From IMG/VR virus record IMGVR_UViG_3300018065_000012: 46,881 bases of DNA. One strand, 5' to 3'. Positions within the stretch are counted from its first letter, which is position 1, and each line of letters begins with the position of its first letter. The position numbers were made by a program, and so were the translations under genes. The DNA is from a virus (taxonomy: Duplodnaviria > Heunggongvirae > Uroviricota > Caudoviricetes). The notes under the pieces were generated by a model. That model searched no databases, was not told the origin of the DNA, and saw only the letters and a program-made list of their open reading frames with translations. Shown one piece after another: positions 1 through 6,507 of this stretch.

Positions 1-72
1 TTAACTGAAGTGCCTGAACTTGAGGTGGAATACGAGATTCGACCCAAGCGGCGAATCTTGCGCGGGAATTAA
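1..72 (+). CDS. 3' end of an upstream gene (partial, C-terminal 23 codons, stop TAA 70-72)
   Basis: Open frame from position 1 ending ...ILRGN*; a strong SD (AGGAGG, 81-86) for the next gene follows. Confidence 0.3.
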   Translation, partial: LTEVPELEVEYEIRPKRRILRGN

Positions 73-92
73 GTAGTCGGAGGAGGAATGGT

Positions 93-1103
93 TTGACGCG
101 AACCAACAAGGCAGGTGGGTTATTCCTGCCTGCCTTGTTCTATTGGAGAATAACTATGAGTGGCAAAAAAGGTTGTTTGCTTGGCTGGCTTATGGGCAAT
201 GGCGAGACAGGGACGCCAGACATTCCTAATCCGCCATCGCCGCCACCACCATCTGGAACAGGAAATATGAATAAAAAAGCACTCCTTATTGGTATCAATA
301 AATATCAAATGCCCGGAGCGAATCTGAATGGCTGTGTGAATGACGTAAACAATATGTGGGACATACTTGTAAACAAGCAAGGTTTTGAGCCTGATAACAT
401 CCGCATGGTTACAGATGAACGCGCAACCAAGGCAAATATTCTTTCCCGTCTTGAATGGCTTGTAGCTGGTTCGAAGGCTGGTGATTTGCTTATCTTTCAG
501 TATAGCGGACACGGTTCCCAAGTGAGAGATAGGAACGGGGATGAACTGAATGACCACATGGATGAAATACTTTGCCCGACAGATTTGGATTGGGATGACC
601 CACTGACTGATGATATTGTGGCAACTTATTTCAAGCGCATTCCTAAAGGTGCGTTCCTGACGTTCATTTGTGATGCTTGTCACTCTGGGACAATGGATAG
701 GAGTCTCGTTTCTCCCAATAGCAATCCACACCCAACGAAGGAACGTTTCTTGCCACCACCGGCAGACATCTTAGCGCGGTCAAGAGGCAGAGATTTGAAA
801 ACCAAAAAGGTTGGTTGCAGAAGTTTGTTCAAGAGCAATGGAAACGTAACATATTCTGAGCAACGGCATATGCTTCTCTCCGGTTGTCGTGATGATCAAA
901 CAAGCGCCGATGCTTTTATTGATGGAAAGTATCAAGGCGCAATGACGGCAAGCTTGTTGAAGATGTTGAAAACGCACCCAGATGCTTCTTGGGTACGTGT
1001 TCACGAAGAGATGTTGAAGTATTTGTCAGGTAGTTTTTCTCAGGTGCCTCAATTGAGTGGGCCAAAGCCTGAATTGGAAGCAAAACCTTTTTCAAAGAGC
1101 TGA
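93..1103 (+). CDS. Metacaspase-like peptidase (C14 caspase fold) with an N-terminal hydrophobic segment and a Pro-rich linker
   Basis: ORF-track protein has KKALLIGINKY..., the catalytic His in QYSGHGSQ and the catalytic Cys in FICDACHSG, matching the caspase/metacaspase His-Cys dyad. TTG start sits 6 nt after AGGAGG; an alternative ATG is at 156. The N-terminus carries a hydrophobic stretch then PNPPSPPPPSG. Confidence 0.7.
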   Translation: MTRTNKAGGLFLPALFYWRITMSGKKGCLLGWLMGNGETGTPDIPNPPSPPPPSGTGNMNKKALLIGINKYQMPGANLNGCVNDVNNMWDILVNKQGFEPDNIRMVTDERATKANILSRLEWLVAGSKAGDLLIFQYSGHGSQVRDRNGDELNDHMDEILCPTDLDWDDPLTDDIVATYFKRIPKGAFLTFICDACHSGTMDRSLVSPNSNPHPTKERFLPPPADILARSRGRDLKTKKVGCRSLFKSNGNVTYSEQRHMLLSGCRDDQTSADAFIDGKYQGAMTASLLKMLKTHPDASWVRVHEEMLKYLSGSFSQVPQLSGPKPELEAKPFSKS

Positions 1104-1106
1104 AAA

Positions 1107-1481
1107 ATGAATCATGAAGAGATTGCCGAGCGGATAGCAAAAAGCTTTTCTTCTGCAAGTTTCAAAAAGATCATGTATTACGAGAAAGCCCCTCGCGGGT
1201 ATTTCTTTCTTTTGACGTGGCGTTACAATTTGGGGACTACGCCAAAAATAGACGATGTGAAAACTGCTATTGAAAAGATGAAGAAAGATTTTAATACGGA
1301 CTTTGCCAAAGTCAAGAAGTTTGGCGCGTTCAGCGAAACATCATCTTCAGGGCATGCTTTGACGGGTCGCGGCTTGAGGATGGAGTATTCTGTCTCCTCT
1401 ACTTTGTCAATTGAAGAACCGGAAAGAAACAAGATCATTGACCAATTGGAAAAGATGGGCTTTGATTGGGGAAACAAATGA
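1107..1481 (+). CDS. hypothetical protein
   Basis: 124-aa ORF starting 4 nt after the upstream stop; no recognisable motif. Confidence 0.5.
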   Translation: MNHEEIAERIAKSFSSASFKKIMYYEKAPRGYFFLLTWRYNLGTTPKIDDVKTAIEKMKKDFNTDFAKVKKFGAFSETSSSGHALTGRGLRMEYSVSSTLSIEEPERNKIIDQLEKMGFDWGNK

Positions 1482-1618
1482 AAGTAAAACCAGAGCACAA
1501 GTATTTCAAAAACAACGCTCAAGTTGTGAAAAAGACAGCGAATGTCAAACAGGAAGAAGGCGCAGGACAAAAAGTTGGAGCACCTGTCAAAGTCGAAATC
1601 AAAGATGAAAAGGAATAA
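1478..1618 (+). CDS. small Lys-rich hypothetical protein (46 aa)
   Basis: ATG overlaps the upstream TGA (ATGA). The ORF exactly fills the gap to the next gene (stop 1616-1618, next start 1621). It is below the ORF-track size cutoff. Confidence 0.35.
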   Translation: MKVKPEHKYFKNNAQVVKKTANVKQEEGAGQKVGAPVKVEIKDEKE

Positions 1619-1620
1619 CA

Positions 1621-1890
1621 ATGGCGGATAAAAAAAGCTGGTTCAATGTGATCATTGGCGCTTTGGGAACACTTCTTAATTGGTTTTTGCGGAGAAAGCA
1701 GAACCAGCAAGTTGATCAACAACAGGAACAGAACCAGCAGGATGTTCAGAACGAAGAAGGCAAGGTTGATGGAGAGCACCAAGAAATCGACAATGGGCCT
1801 TCAGATGTAACAACGACGCCTGATGGTGGTTTGAACTTTGATGAGTTCAATAAGGGCGAAAATAAAGATGAAAAGGAGAAAGAGAAATGA
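1621..1890 (+). CDS. small membrane protein (N-terminal TM helix, Gln/Glu-rich tail)
   Basis: WFNVIIGALGTLLNWFL hydrophobic helix followed by a QQ/E-rich region. Its stop overlaps the start of the next lipoprotein gene (ATGA). Confidence 0.5.
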   Translation: MADKKSWFNVIIGALGTLLNWFLRRKQNQQVDQQQEQNQQDVQNEEGKVDGEHQEIDNGPSDVTTTPDGGLNFDEFNKGENKDEKEKEK

Positions 1891-2282
1891 GATGGTTAGT
1901 CCTTTTGCTTCCGTTGTTGCTTGTGGGTTGTATTAACGTTAAGGTGGAAATGCCCAAGGAAGTAGAAAAGAAATACGTCTTTGAAAGATACCCGACCTAT
2001 CCGGTTGCTGAAAAACCAAAGCTTGAAAACGTCCGTGGTGCAGAAATGCATCCTTGGAAAGACGCAGCGACGTTTGCCGGTGCAAAATTGAAAGGTGCAG
2101 ACAAAACGAAGTTTGATGAACTTTCAACCAAGGCCAAAACAGATGAAAAAAATGGTCTGAAGAAAATCAAGGATGGCTACGACGGCTTAATCAAGTGGGG
2201 AAAGAAAAACGAAGCGACGGTTAAATCGTATAATGAATTTGCTGAAAAGAAAAACGAACGACTCAAAGACAAGGAGAAATGA
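1887..2282 (+). CDS. putative lipoprotein (lipobox LLVGC)
   Basis: MRWLVLLLPLLLVGC signal peptide with a lipobox, then a Lys-rich mature part. Overlaps the upstream membrane-protein gene (embedded/overlapping arrangement). Confidence 0.55.
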   Translation: MRWLVLLLPLLLVGCINVKVEMPKEVEKKYVFERYPTYPVAEKPKLENVRGAEMHPWKDAATFAGAKLKGADKTKFDELSTKAKTDEKNGLKKIKDGYDGLIKWGKKNEATVKSYNEFAEKKNERLKDKEK

Positions 2283-2283
2283 G

Positions 2284-2502
2284 ATGCGTAAATTGGTGGT
2301 ATTTCTTGCTATTGTTGCAGTAATGATCGTGGGTTGCGGCGAGGTTGAAGAGGTTAAGCCGGAGACGAAACCGGAGCCAACAGTAGAGAAAAAGGCCGAA
2401 GAACCCAAGGCAGAAGAGAAAAAAGAAGAACCCAAAGTAGAACAGCCGAAGGTGGAAAAGAAGGCCGAAGAACCCAAGGCAGAACCCAAGGCAGAAAAAT
2501 AA
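2284..2502 (+). CDS. putative lipoprotein (lipobox MIVGC) with EPKAEEKK repeats
   Basis: ATG at 2284 preceded by AAGGAG. MRKLVVFLAIVAVMIVGC signal/lipobox. C-terminal Pro/Glu/Lys-rich repeats. Confidence 0.5.
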   Translation: MRKLVVFLAIVAVMIVGCGEVEEVKPETKPEPTVEKKAEEPKAEEKKEEPKVEQPKVEKKAEEPKAEPKAEK

Positions 2503-2525
2503 TTTACATTTTTTCTAAAAAGAAC

Positions 2526-2554
2526 TTGAAAGTTTGCCGTCATAAGTGTATAAT
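2526..2554 (+). promoter_or_regulatory. sigma70-like promoter TTGAAA-N17-TATAAT (copy 1 of a repeated promoter motif)
   Basis: TTGAAA 2526-2531, 17-nt spacer, TATAAT 2549-2554. Same architecture at 3639, 33608 and 40655. Confidence 0.6.
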
Positions 2555-2583
2555 GTATTGATTGGATTGATCTTTTACAAACG

Positions 2584-2658
2584 TTGCGGAGTGGAGAAGT
2601 AGAATCTCGTCTGGCTCATAACCAGAAGGTCGCTGGTGCAATTCCAGCCTCCGCTACC
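2584..2658 (+). tRNA. tRNA-Met(CAU)-like (possibly initiator or Ile2 type); position 1:72 unpaired
   Basis: Cloverleaf by eye: D-stem GAGA/TCTC, anticodon stem TCTGG/CCAGA with loop CUCAUAA, variable AGGTC, T-arm GCTGG-TGCAATT-CCAGC, acceptor GCGGAG/CTCCGC, ends ACCA. The T-loop is non-canonical (G55). Confidence 0.5.
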
Positions 2659-2665
2659 AGACTGA

Positions 2666-2688
2666 CAAGTGGGTTAGTTCCACTTTTT
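2666..2688 (+). terminator. rho-independent terminator-like hairpin (AAGTGG-GTTAGTT-CCACTT + TTTTT)
   Basis: 6-bp stem, 7-nt loop, followed by T5, immediately after the tRNA-Met-like gene. Confidence 0.45.
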
Positions 2689-2689
2689 G

Positions 2690-3062
2690 GTTAGCTCAGT
2701 GCCGATTAATGGCTAAACAGGGAAACCCCGCTGAGCTTTGAAAACAGTTCTCGCTGAAGCCGAAATATCAAAGGGCGCTTTGCGGGACGGGCCTCCGAGA
2801 ACACACGACGCAGTTCTCATGGGAGCCGTGCGAGGACTTAATATTTAAGGTGAGTGAAATGTTTTGTTTTAGATTTGCCGAACAATCTGCCTCGTTACTC
2901 ATGCGAAAGCATGAGCGCGGTATTGCCGCGTCGGGGCGACTTATTTTGTCACCCAGTTTGACAAAACAAGAAGTCGTCCTGAATACGAATGATACCAGTT
3001 GACAAGGTTCGGCGAATGAAGAAAAATGAACGCCGGACCTTGAAAAGTTCGGCGTTTTTTTG
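2690..3062 (+). other. non-coding or structured region of about 370 nt (possible small RNA); an alternative 47-aa ORF lies at 2861-3004
   Basis: No long + ORF. Multiple hairpins: AGCTCAG...CTGAGCT, CTCATGC-GAAA-GCATGAG (GNRA tetraloop), CGCGG-TATTG-CCGCG, TTGTCA...TGACAA. Ends in a strong terminator. An ATG at 2861 with AAGGTGAG SD gives a 47-aa ORF that cannot be excluded. Confidence 0.3.
3030..3062 (+). terminator. rho-independent terminator (AACGCCGGAC...GTTCGGCGTT + T7)
   Basis: GC-rich imperfect inverted repeat followed by TTTTTTT. Confidence 0.6.
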
Positions 3063-3095
3063 TTGGCTAAATATAAAAGGAAGTGGGGGTGCGTC

Positions 3096-3632
3096 ATGAA
3101 GCGGGTTTTACTGCTCGGAAGAAACGGAAGAATCCTTGATGTAGTCTGCTGGAAGGCAGCGATCAATCTGACGTACTTCCGTGGATGCGGAAGGGATGTC
3201 GTGTTCCCGCTTGAATATCATGATGTTGAGGTTCGTTCTCAATATCAGTCTTTCAAGCTTCCGGCGGTTATGATTCTGCTTGGCAACCGTGACCGCTACC
3301 CGAATAGTGACGTGCTTCCGCTGTCCCGTTCAAATGTGTTGCTTCGGGATGAATACACGTGCCAGTACTGCGGAAAGAAATTGTCTTTCACAAGCGGTAC
3401 GATCGACCACGTTTTTCCGCTGTGCAAGGGCGGCACCAATACGTGGAGAAATGTGGTTGCGTGTTGCGAAGACTGTAACAACGAAAAGGATGACTTGAGA
3501 CTGGAACAGTACACGAAGCAGACGGGTAAGAAGCTGAAGAAAAAGCCACGGACTCCAAGCCGTGGGGTGCTGTTCAGGTCTTATGTTGAAAAGGAAGGTT
3601 ACGGCTGTTGGAAACCTTACATCAGCGTGTAA
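3096..3632 (+). CDS. HNH homing endonuclease
   Basis: CQYCGKK ... TIDHVFPLCKGG...N...VACCEDCNNEK: an HNH/zinc-finger nuclease motif. ATG at 3096 with AAGGAAG SD; the ORF-track frame starts at 3060. Confidence 0.8.
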   Translation: MKRVLLLGRNGRILDVVCWKAAINLTYFRGCGRDVVFPLEYHDVEVRSQYQSFKLPAVMILLGNRDRYPNSDVLPLSRSNVLLRDEYTCQYCGKKLSFTSGTIDHVFPLCKGGTNTWRNVVACCEDCNNEKDDLRLEQYTKQTGKKLKKKPRTPSRGVLFRSYVEKEGYGCWKPYISV

Positions 3633-3638
3633 TTTTCC

Positions 3639-3667
3639 TTGAAAATGTTCTTTGACAATTGTATAAC
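3639..3667 (+). promoter_or_regulatory. sigma70-like promoter TTGAAA-N17-TATAAC (copy 2), upstream of tRNA cluster 1
   Basis: TTGAAA 3639-3644, 17-nt spacer, TATAAC 3662-3667. Same motif family as 2526. Confidence 0.55.
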
Positions 3668-3680
3668 GTAATAGCGGAAT

Positions 3681-3757
3681 TGGAGCTGTAGCTCAACTGG
3701 TCAGAGTATCGGACTGTCGATCCGAGGGTTGCGGGTTCGAGTCCCGTCAGCTCCGCC
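3681..3757 (+). tRNA. tRNA-Asp(GUC)
   Basis: Acceptor GGAGCTG/CAGCTCC, D GCTC/GAGT, anticodon stem TCGGA/TCCGA loop CUGUCGA, T-arm GCGGG-TTCGAGT-CCCGT, discriminator G, CCA. Confidence 0.8.
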
Positions 3758-3765
3758 AGATGACA

Positions 3766-3793
3766 ACGCAGTGGGGAATTCCCCACTGCTTTT
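3766..3793 (+). promoter_or_regulatory. inter-tRNA hairpin CAGTGGGG-AATT-CCCCACTG followed by CTTTTGG (processing or terminator-like)
   Basis: Perfect 8-bp stem with a 4-nt loop between two tRNA genes. Confidence 0.4.
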
Positions 3794-3869
3794 GGGCGGT
3801 TAGTTCAGTTGGTAGAACGCATGGATCACAACCATGAGGTCACTGGTTCAAGTCCAGTACCGCCCACCA
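3794..3869 (+). tRNA. tRNA-Val(CAC)
   Basis: Acceptor GGGCGGT/ACCGCCC, D GTTC/GAAC, anticodon stem CATGG/CCATG loop AUCACAA, T-arm ACTGG-TTCAAGT-CCAGT, A73, CCA. Anchored to ORF-track ATG 3834. Confidence 0.8.
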
Positions 3870-3877
3870 GAAACAAA

Positions 3878-3954
3878 CGGAAGGTTAAGGTATTTGATTC
3901 CGAGTCCTTGGTTGAATTATATGCGTTATGCGCCAGCTTTGGGTTGGCCTTCCG
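3878..3954 (+). other. 77-nt element enclosed by a perfect 7-bp helix CGGAAGG/CCTTCCG (structured RNA or degenerate tRNA-like)
   Basis: tRNA-sized unit with an acceptor-like closing helix, but the interior does not fold into a canonical cloverleaf. Confidence 0.25.
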
Positions 3955-3964
3955 TGAATAAAAT

Positions 3965-4036
3965 CCAGCACGCTTCAGTGATGGGATACTTCTCCATTTT
4001 AGGAAAAAAAGCAACCTGTCGCGTTTTTTGGTGCTG
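3965..4036 (+). ncRNA. Bracketed tRNA-array element A (minimal copy of the module-bracketed family)
   Basis: 5' module CCAGCAC-GCTTCAGTG...GATACTTC, 3' module GCGTTTTTTGGTGCTGG. Terminal helix CCAGCAC/GTGCTGG. No tRNA-like insert. Confidence 0.55.
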
Positions 4037-4041
4037 GTTTA

Positions 4042-4117
4042 TGGCCCTGTGATGTAATTGGAAACATGTCAGGTTTTCAGCCTGATTTTTGGGGTTCGAG
4101 TCCCCACAGGGTCACCA
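4042..4117 (+). tRNA. tRNA-Glu(UUC)
   Basis: Acceptor GGCCCTG/CAGGGTC (G2-U71), D ATGT/ACAT, anticodon stem TCAGG/CCTGA loop UUUUCAG, T-arm TGGGG-TTCGAGT-CCCCA, A73, CCA. Confidence 0.8.
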
Positions 4118-4127
4118 AAAAATAATT

Positions 4128-4261
4128 CCAGTACGCTTCAGTGAAGAGATACTTCGACTTGTAATCGAGAGGTTGCGGGTTCGAGTCCCGTCGGTTTGCT
4201 TCGGCAAACTGTAGCTCAATTGGCAGAGCGCTAAATACCTCTTTGCGTTTTTTGGTACTGG
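4128..4261 (+). ncRNA. Bracketed element B carrying a circularly permuted tRNA-Thr(UGU)-like core
   Basis: Order in DNA: 5' module, anticodon arm TTCGA-CUUGUAA-TCGAG, variable AGGTT, T-arm GCGGG-TTCGAGT-CCCGT, acceptor 3' strand CGGTTTG, then C-TTCG-G cap, acceptor 5' strand CAAACTG, TA, D-arm GCTC-AATTGGCA-GAGC, G26, 3' module. The D-arm, anticodon loop and variable loop are identical to the genuine tRNA-Thr(UGU) at 12586. Confidence 0.55.
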
Positions 4262-4269
4262 AATTTTTC

Positions 4270-4346
4270 GGGGATGAAGACGAAGTGGACGAGTCACTGC
4301 CCTGTCACGGCAGAGTAAGCGGGTTCAAGTCCCGTCATTCCCGCCA
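4270..4346 (+). tRNA. tRNA-Asp(GUC), second divergent copy
   Basis: Acceptor GGGGATG/CATTCCC (G4-U69), 3-bp D-stem, anticodon stem CTGCC/GGCAG loop CUGUCAC, T-arm GCGGG-TTCAAGT-CCCGT, G73, CCA. Confidence 0.7.
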
Positions 4347-4355
4347 AGTTTACGT

Positions 4356-4430
4356 TCCGGCGTGGCCCAACGGTAGGGCAGCTGGCTGTTAACCAGTTCA
4401 TTGGAAGTTCGACTCTTCCCGCCGGAGCCA
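4356..4430 (+). tRNA. tRNA-Asn(GUU)
   Basis: Acceptor TCCGGCG/CGCCGGA, D GCCC/GGGC, anticodon stem GCTGG/CCAGT loop CUGUUAA, T-arm GGAAG-TTCGACT-CTTCC, G73, CCA. Confidence 0.8.
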
Positions 4431-4433
4431 TTT

Positions 4434-4520
4434 GCGCAAGTGCTGGAACAGGTAGACAGGCCAGTTTGAGGGACTGGTGTCCGAAAGGGCGTGGGAGTTC
4501 GAATCTCCCCTTGCGCACCA
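4434..4520 (+). tRNA. tRNA-Leu(GAG), class II
   Basis: Acceptor GCGCAAG/CTTGCGC, anticodon stem CCAGT/ACTGG loop UUGAGGG, long variable arm TGTCCGAAAGGGCGT, T-arm GGGAG-TTCGAAT-CTCCC, A73, CCA. Confidence 0.8.
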
Positions 4521-4628
4521 AATAATTTTTTGATAAAGTGCAATAGGAAAGGAGAAACAACAAATGCTTGATCTCACTTGTACCAAAGGGGGTCTGCCAT
4601 GTTAGAGCCTTAACGAAAGGAGCTAAAC

Positions 4629-5018
4629 ATGAGCAGAACCTTCAAGAAGTACCCACGGCACTGGTATAGGCGTCCAAGCGGACGTAAGAGAGCGCTGGTG
4701 AATGGGGTAAGGAAACGGGCTGTGCCTCCCGACCCTTACGATGATATTCACCCCGACAGACAGTGCTTTAGTGCAGACAAAGTTGGTTTGGAGTTGCACA
4801 AGTTGGGATGGAGCAACGAAAAGATTGCCAAGCGTTTGAGTTGGAGATTCAAAGTTCCTTACTTGGTGATTTGGCACAGCATTATCCCCGACAAACCGTT
4901 TGATTGGTGGTGGTCTTGCAAGTGTAAGGAATGCAATGAAAAATACCAAGCTTGGCGGGAGTGGCGCGGAGGAATGCGTCTTTATTCTTGGGATGAGTTG
5001 GCAGTGGAACGCGGCTGA
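4629..5018 (+). CDS. hypothetical protein (basic N-terminus, Trp/Cys-rich)
   Basis: ATG with AAAGGAG SD; 129 aa; no motif recognised. Confidence 0.5.
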   Translation: MSRTFKKYPRHWYRRPSGRKRALVNGVRKRAVPPDPYDDIHPDRQCFSADKVGLELHKLGWSNEKIAKRLSWRFKVPYLVIWHSIIPDKPFDWWWSCKCKECNEKYQAWREWRGGMRLYSWDELAVERG

Positions 5019-5036
5019 GACAAGGAAGAATAGCGG

Positions 5037-5119
5037 TGTGACGAAACTGGTAAACGTGCATGGCTTAGAACCATGTGCCCTTTGTGGGCTTGAGGGTTCG
5101 ACTCCCTTCACCGCTACCA
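5037..5119 (+). tRNA. tRNA-Leu(UAG), class II
   Basis: Acceptor AGCGGTG/CACCGCT, anticodon stem CATGG/CCATG loop CUUAGAA, variable arm TGCCCTTTGTGGGCT, T-arm GAGGG-TTCGACT-CCCTT, A73, CCA. Confidence 0.8.
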
Positions 5120-5135
5120 TTTGAGGAAAGAGCAA

Positions 5136-5894
5136 ATGACAGATATCATTGTTCTGACTCACAACAAGGAAGAGAAAACCTGTCGTTGTTTTGAATCCAT
5201 TGCGTTGAATACAAAAAATTATCGGGTGCTTTGGGTTGACAATGGCTCAGAAGAAGCAAGCATTCAAAAGGTTTTGCCGTTTGCTGAAAAGCTTGAAAAC
5301 TTTCGCTTGATGCGCAACAAGGAAAATGAAGGGTTTTCAAAAGGGGTCAATTGCGCCTTGCGTCTTTTCTTGTTTGACGGATTATCTGATCACCTTATCT
5401 TGCTGAACAATGACGTTGTTGTGACGAAAGGTTGGCTTGATCATTTGATTGCTGCGATGAAGAAATCAGGTTTGGATGCAATTGGCCCAGTGACATCAGA
5501 CAATTGTCAACAAAGCCTTGAAGCATTACGGCCTCAATTGAGTAGAAAATTGCCGGAGTTCACGGACGAAACGACAGAGGAAAAAGCGAGAATATTATAT
5601 GAGGACGCAGGTAGTGCAGTTTATCCGGTGACTTCAATCTTGACTTTTTTCTGTGTGTTGTTTCGCAGGGAAACGGTTGAACAAATCGGGTTGCTTGATG
5701 AAAACATTTTCGCCTACGGTGAAGATAACGATTATTGTGAGCGAATGAAACGCACGGGGAAGAAAATGGGATTAGCTGTTGGAATTTACGTTGAGCATGA
5801 TCACGGCGCAACGGCTCAGTTGTTTGGAGACAGCTGGAAAGAGAAACAAATGAAAAAGGCTTCGGCGTATATCCAGCAGAAATATAATCTTTAG
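5136..5894 (+). CDS. Family 2 glycosyltransferase (GT-A fold)
   Basis: IIVLTHN...VDNGS...LLNNDVVV... and YGEDNDYCERM (DxD/ED motifs typical of GT2). ATG 5136 with GAGGAAAG SD; the ORF-track frame opens at TTG 5121. Confidence 0.7.
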   Translation: MTDIIVLTHNKEEKTCRCFESIALNTKNYRVLWVDNGSEEASIQKVLPFAEKLENFRLMRNKENEGFSKGVNCALRLFLFDGLSDHLILLNNDVVVTKGWLDHLIAAMKKSGLDAIGPVTSDNCQQSLEALRPQLSRKLPEFTDETTEEKARILYEDAGSAVYPVTSILTFFCVLFRRETVEQIGLLDENIFAYGEDNDYCERMKRTGKKMGLAVGIYVEHDHGATAQLFGDSWKEKQMKKASAYIQQKYNL

Positions 5895-5981
5895 GCGTTG
5901 TGGTGAAACTGGCAGACACGCATGATTCAGGGTCATGTTCCCTTTTTGGGAGTGAGGGTTCGACTCCCTCCAACGCCACCA
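5894..5981 (+). tRNA. tRNA-Leu(CAG), class II
   Basis: Acceptor GGCGTTG/CAACGCC, anticodon stem CATGA/TCATG loop UUCAGGG, variable arm TTCCCTTTTTGGGAG, T-arm GAGGG-TTCGACT-CCCTC, A73, CCA. The first G overlaps the upstream stop codon. Confidence 0.8.
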
Positions 5982-5983
5982 TC

Positions 5984-6058
5984 GGCCCTATGGAGTAATC
6001 GGAAACTCACCAGATTCTCAGTCTGGAATTCAGGGTTCGAGTCCCTGTAGGGTCACCA
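5984..6058 (+). tRNA. tRNA-Glu(CUC)
   Basis: Acceptor GGCCCTA/TAGGGTC, D GAGT/ACTC, anticodon stem CCAGA/TCTGG loop UUCUCAG, T-arm CAGGG-TTCGAGT-CCCTG, A73, CCA. Confidence 0.8.
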
Positions 6059-6089
6059 GCTTCGGATTATGAATTGCTTAAAAGATAAA

Positions 6090-6166
6090 GGGCGATTAGC
6101 TCAGCTGGACAGAGCACTTGCTCGACAAGCAAGGGGTCAGTGGTTCGAGTCCACTATCGCCCACCA
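6090..6166 (+). tRNA. tRNA-Val(GAC)
   Basis: Acceptor GGGCGAT/ATCGCCC, D GCTC/GAGC, anticodon stem CTTGC/GCAAG loop UCGACAA (C33 is unusual), T-arm AGTGG-TTCGAGT-CCACT, A73, CCA. Anchored to ORF-track frames 6069/6118. Confidence 0.75.
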
Positions 6167-6177
6167 TTGTAGGAATC

Positions 6178-6255
6178 GGACGCGTAGCTCAGATTGGTCA
6201 GAGCACTTCTCTTACAAGGAAGGGGTCACAGGTTCGAGTCCTGTCGCGTCCACCA
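6178..6255 (+). tRNA. tRNA-Val(UAC)
   Basis: Acceptor GGACGCG/CGCGTCC, D GCTC/GAGC, anticodon stem CTTCT/GGAAG loop CUUACAA, T-arm ACAGG-TTCGAGT-CCTGT, A73, CCA. Confidence 0.8.
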
Positions 6256-6273
6256 AATGAAAGGCGGTGGAAA

Positions 6274-6507
6274 ATGGAAAACAAGGCGCTACCAAAGATC
6301 AAACTACGGGCCGTAAAAGAACCACAAAAAGAAAAGGCTCCAAAGAACACGTATTTGCTCACCATGCGCTTTCCAATCACCGCACTTGACGATGTTGAAG
6401 CGCGCGAACGTGCTTGGAAGCATATGAAGTTTCATAACTTTGTTAAGCTTGATGCAAAGCTTCAACGTGTTCGTGACAAGAAGGCACCGGAGAAAGTAAA
6501 TCTATGA
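6274..6507 (+). CDS. hypothetical protein (77 aa, Lys-rich)
   Basis: ATG 6274 after the tRNA. The ORF-track entry 6118-6507 begins inside tRNA genes, so the shorter start was chosen. Confidence 0.45.
   Translation: MENKALPKIKLRAVKEPQKEKAPKNTYLLTMRFPITALDDVEARERAWKHMKFHNFVKLDAKLQRVRDKKAPEKVNL

Noticed and set aside
2659-3632. Group I intron with an intron-encoded HNH endonuclease
   Set aside because: The HNH gene and the upstream structured RNA are not inserted in any host gene or tRNA anticodon loop. The tRNA-Met-like anticodon loop is intact and there are no flanking exons, so a free-standing endonuclease next to a possible stable RNA is more parsimonious. This is kept as a low-confidence note only.
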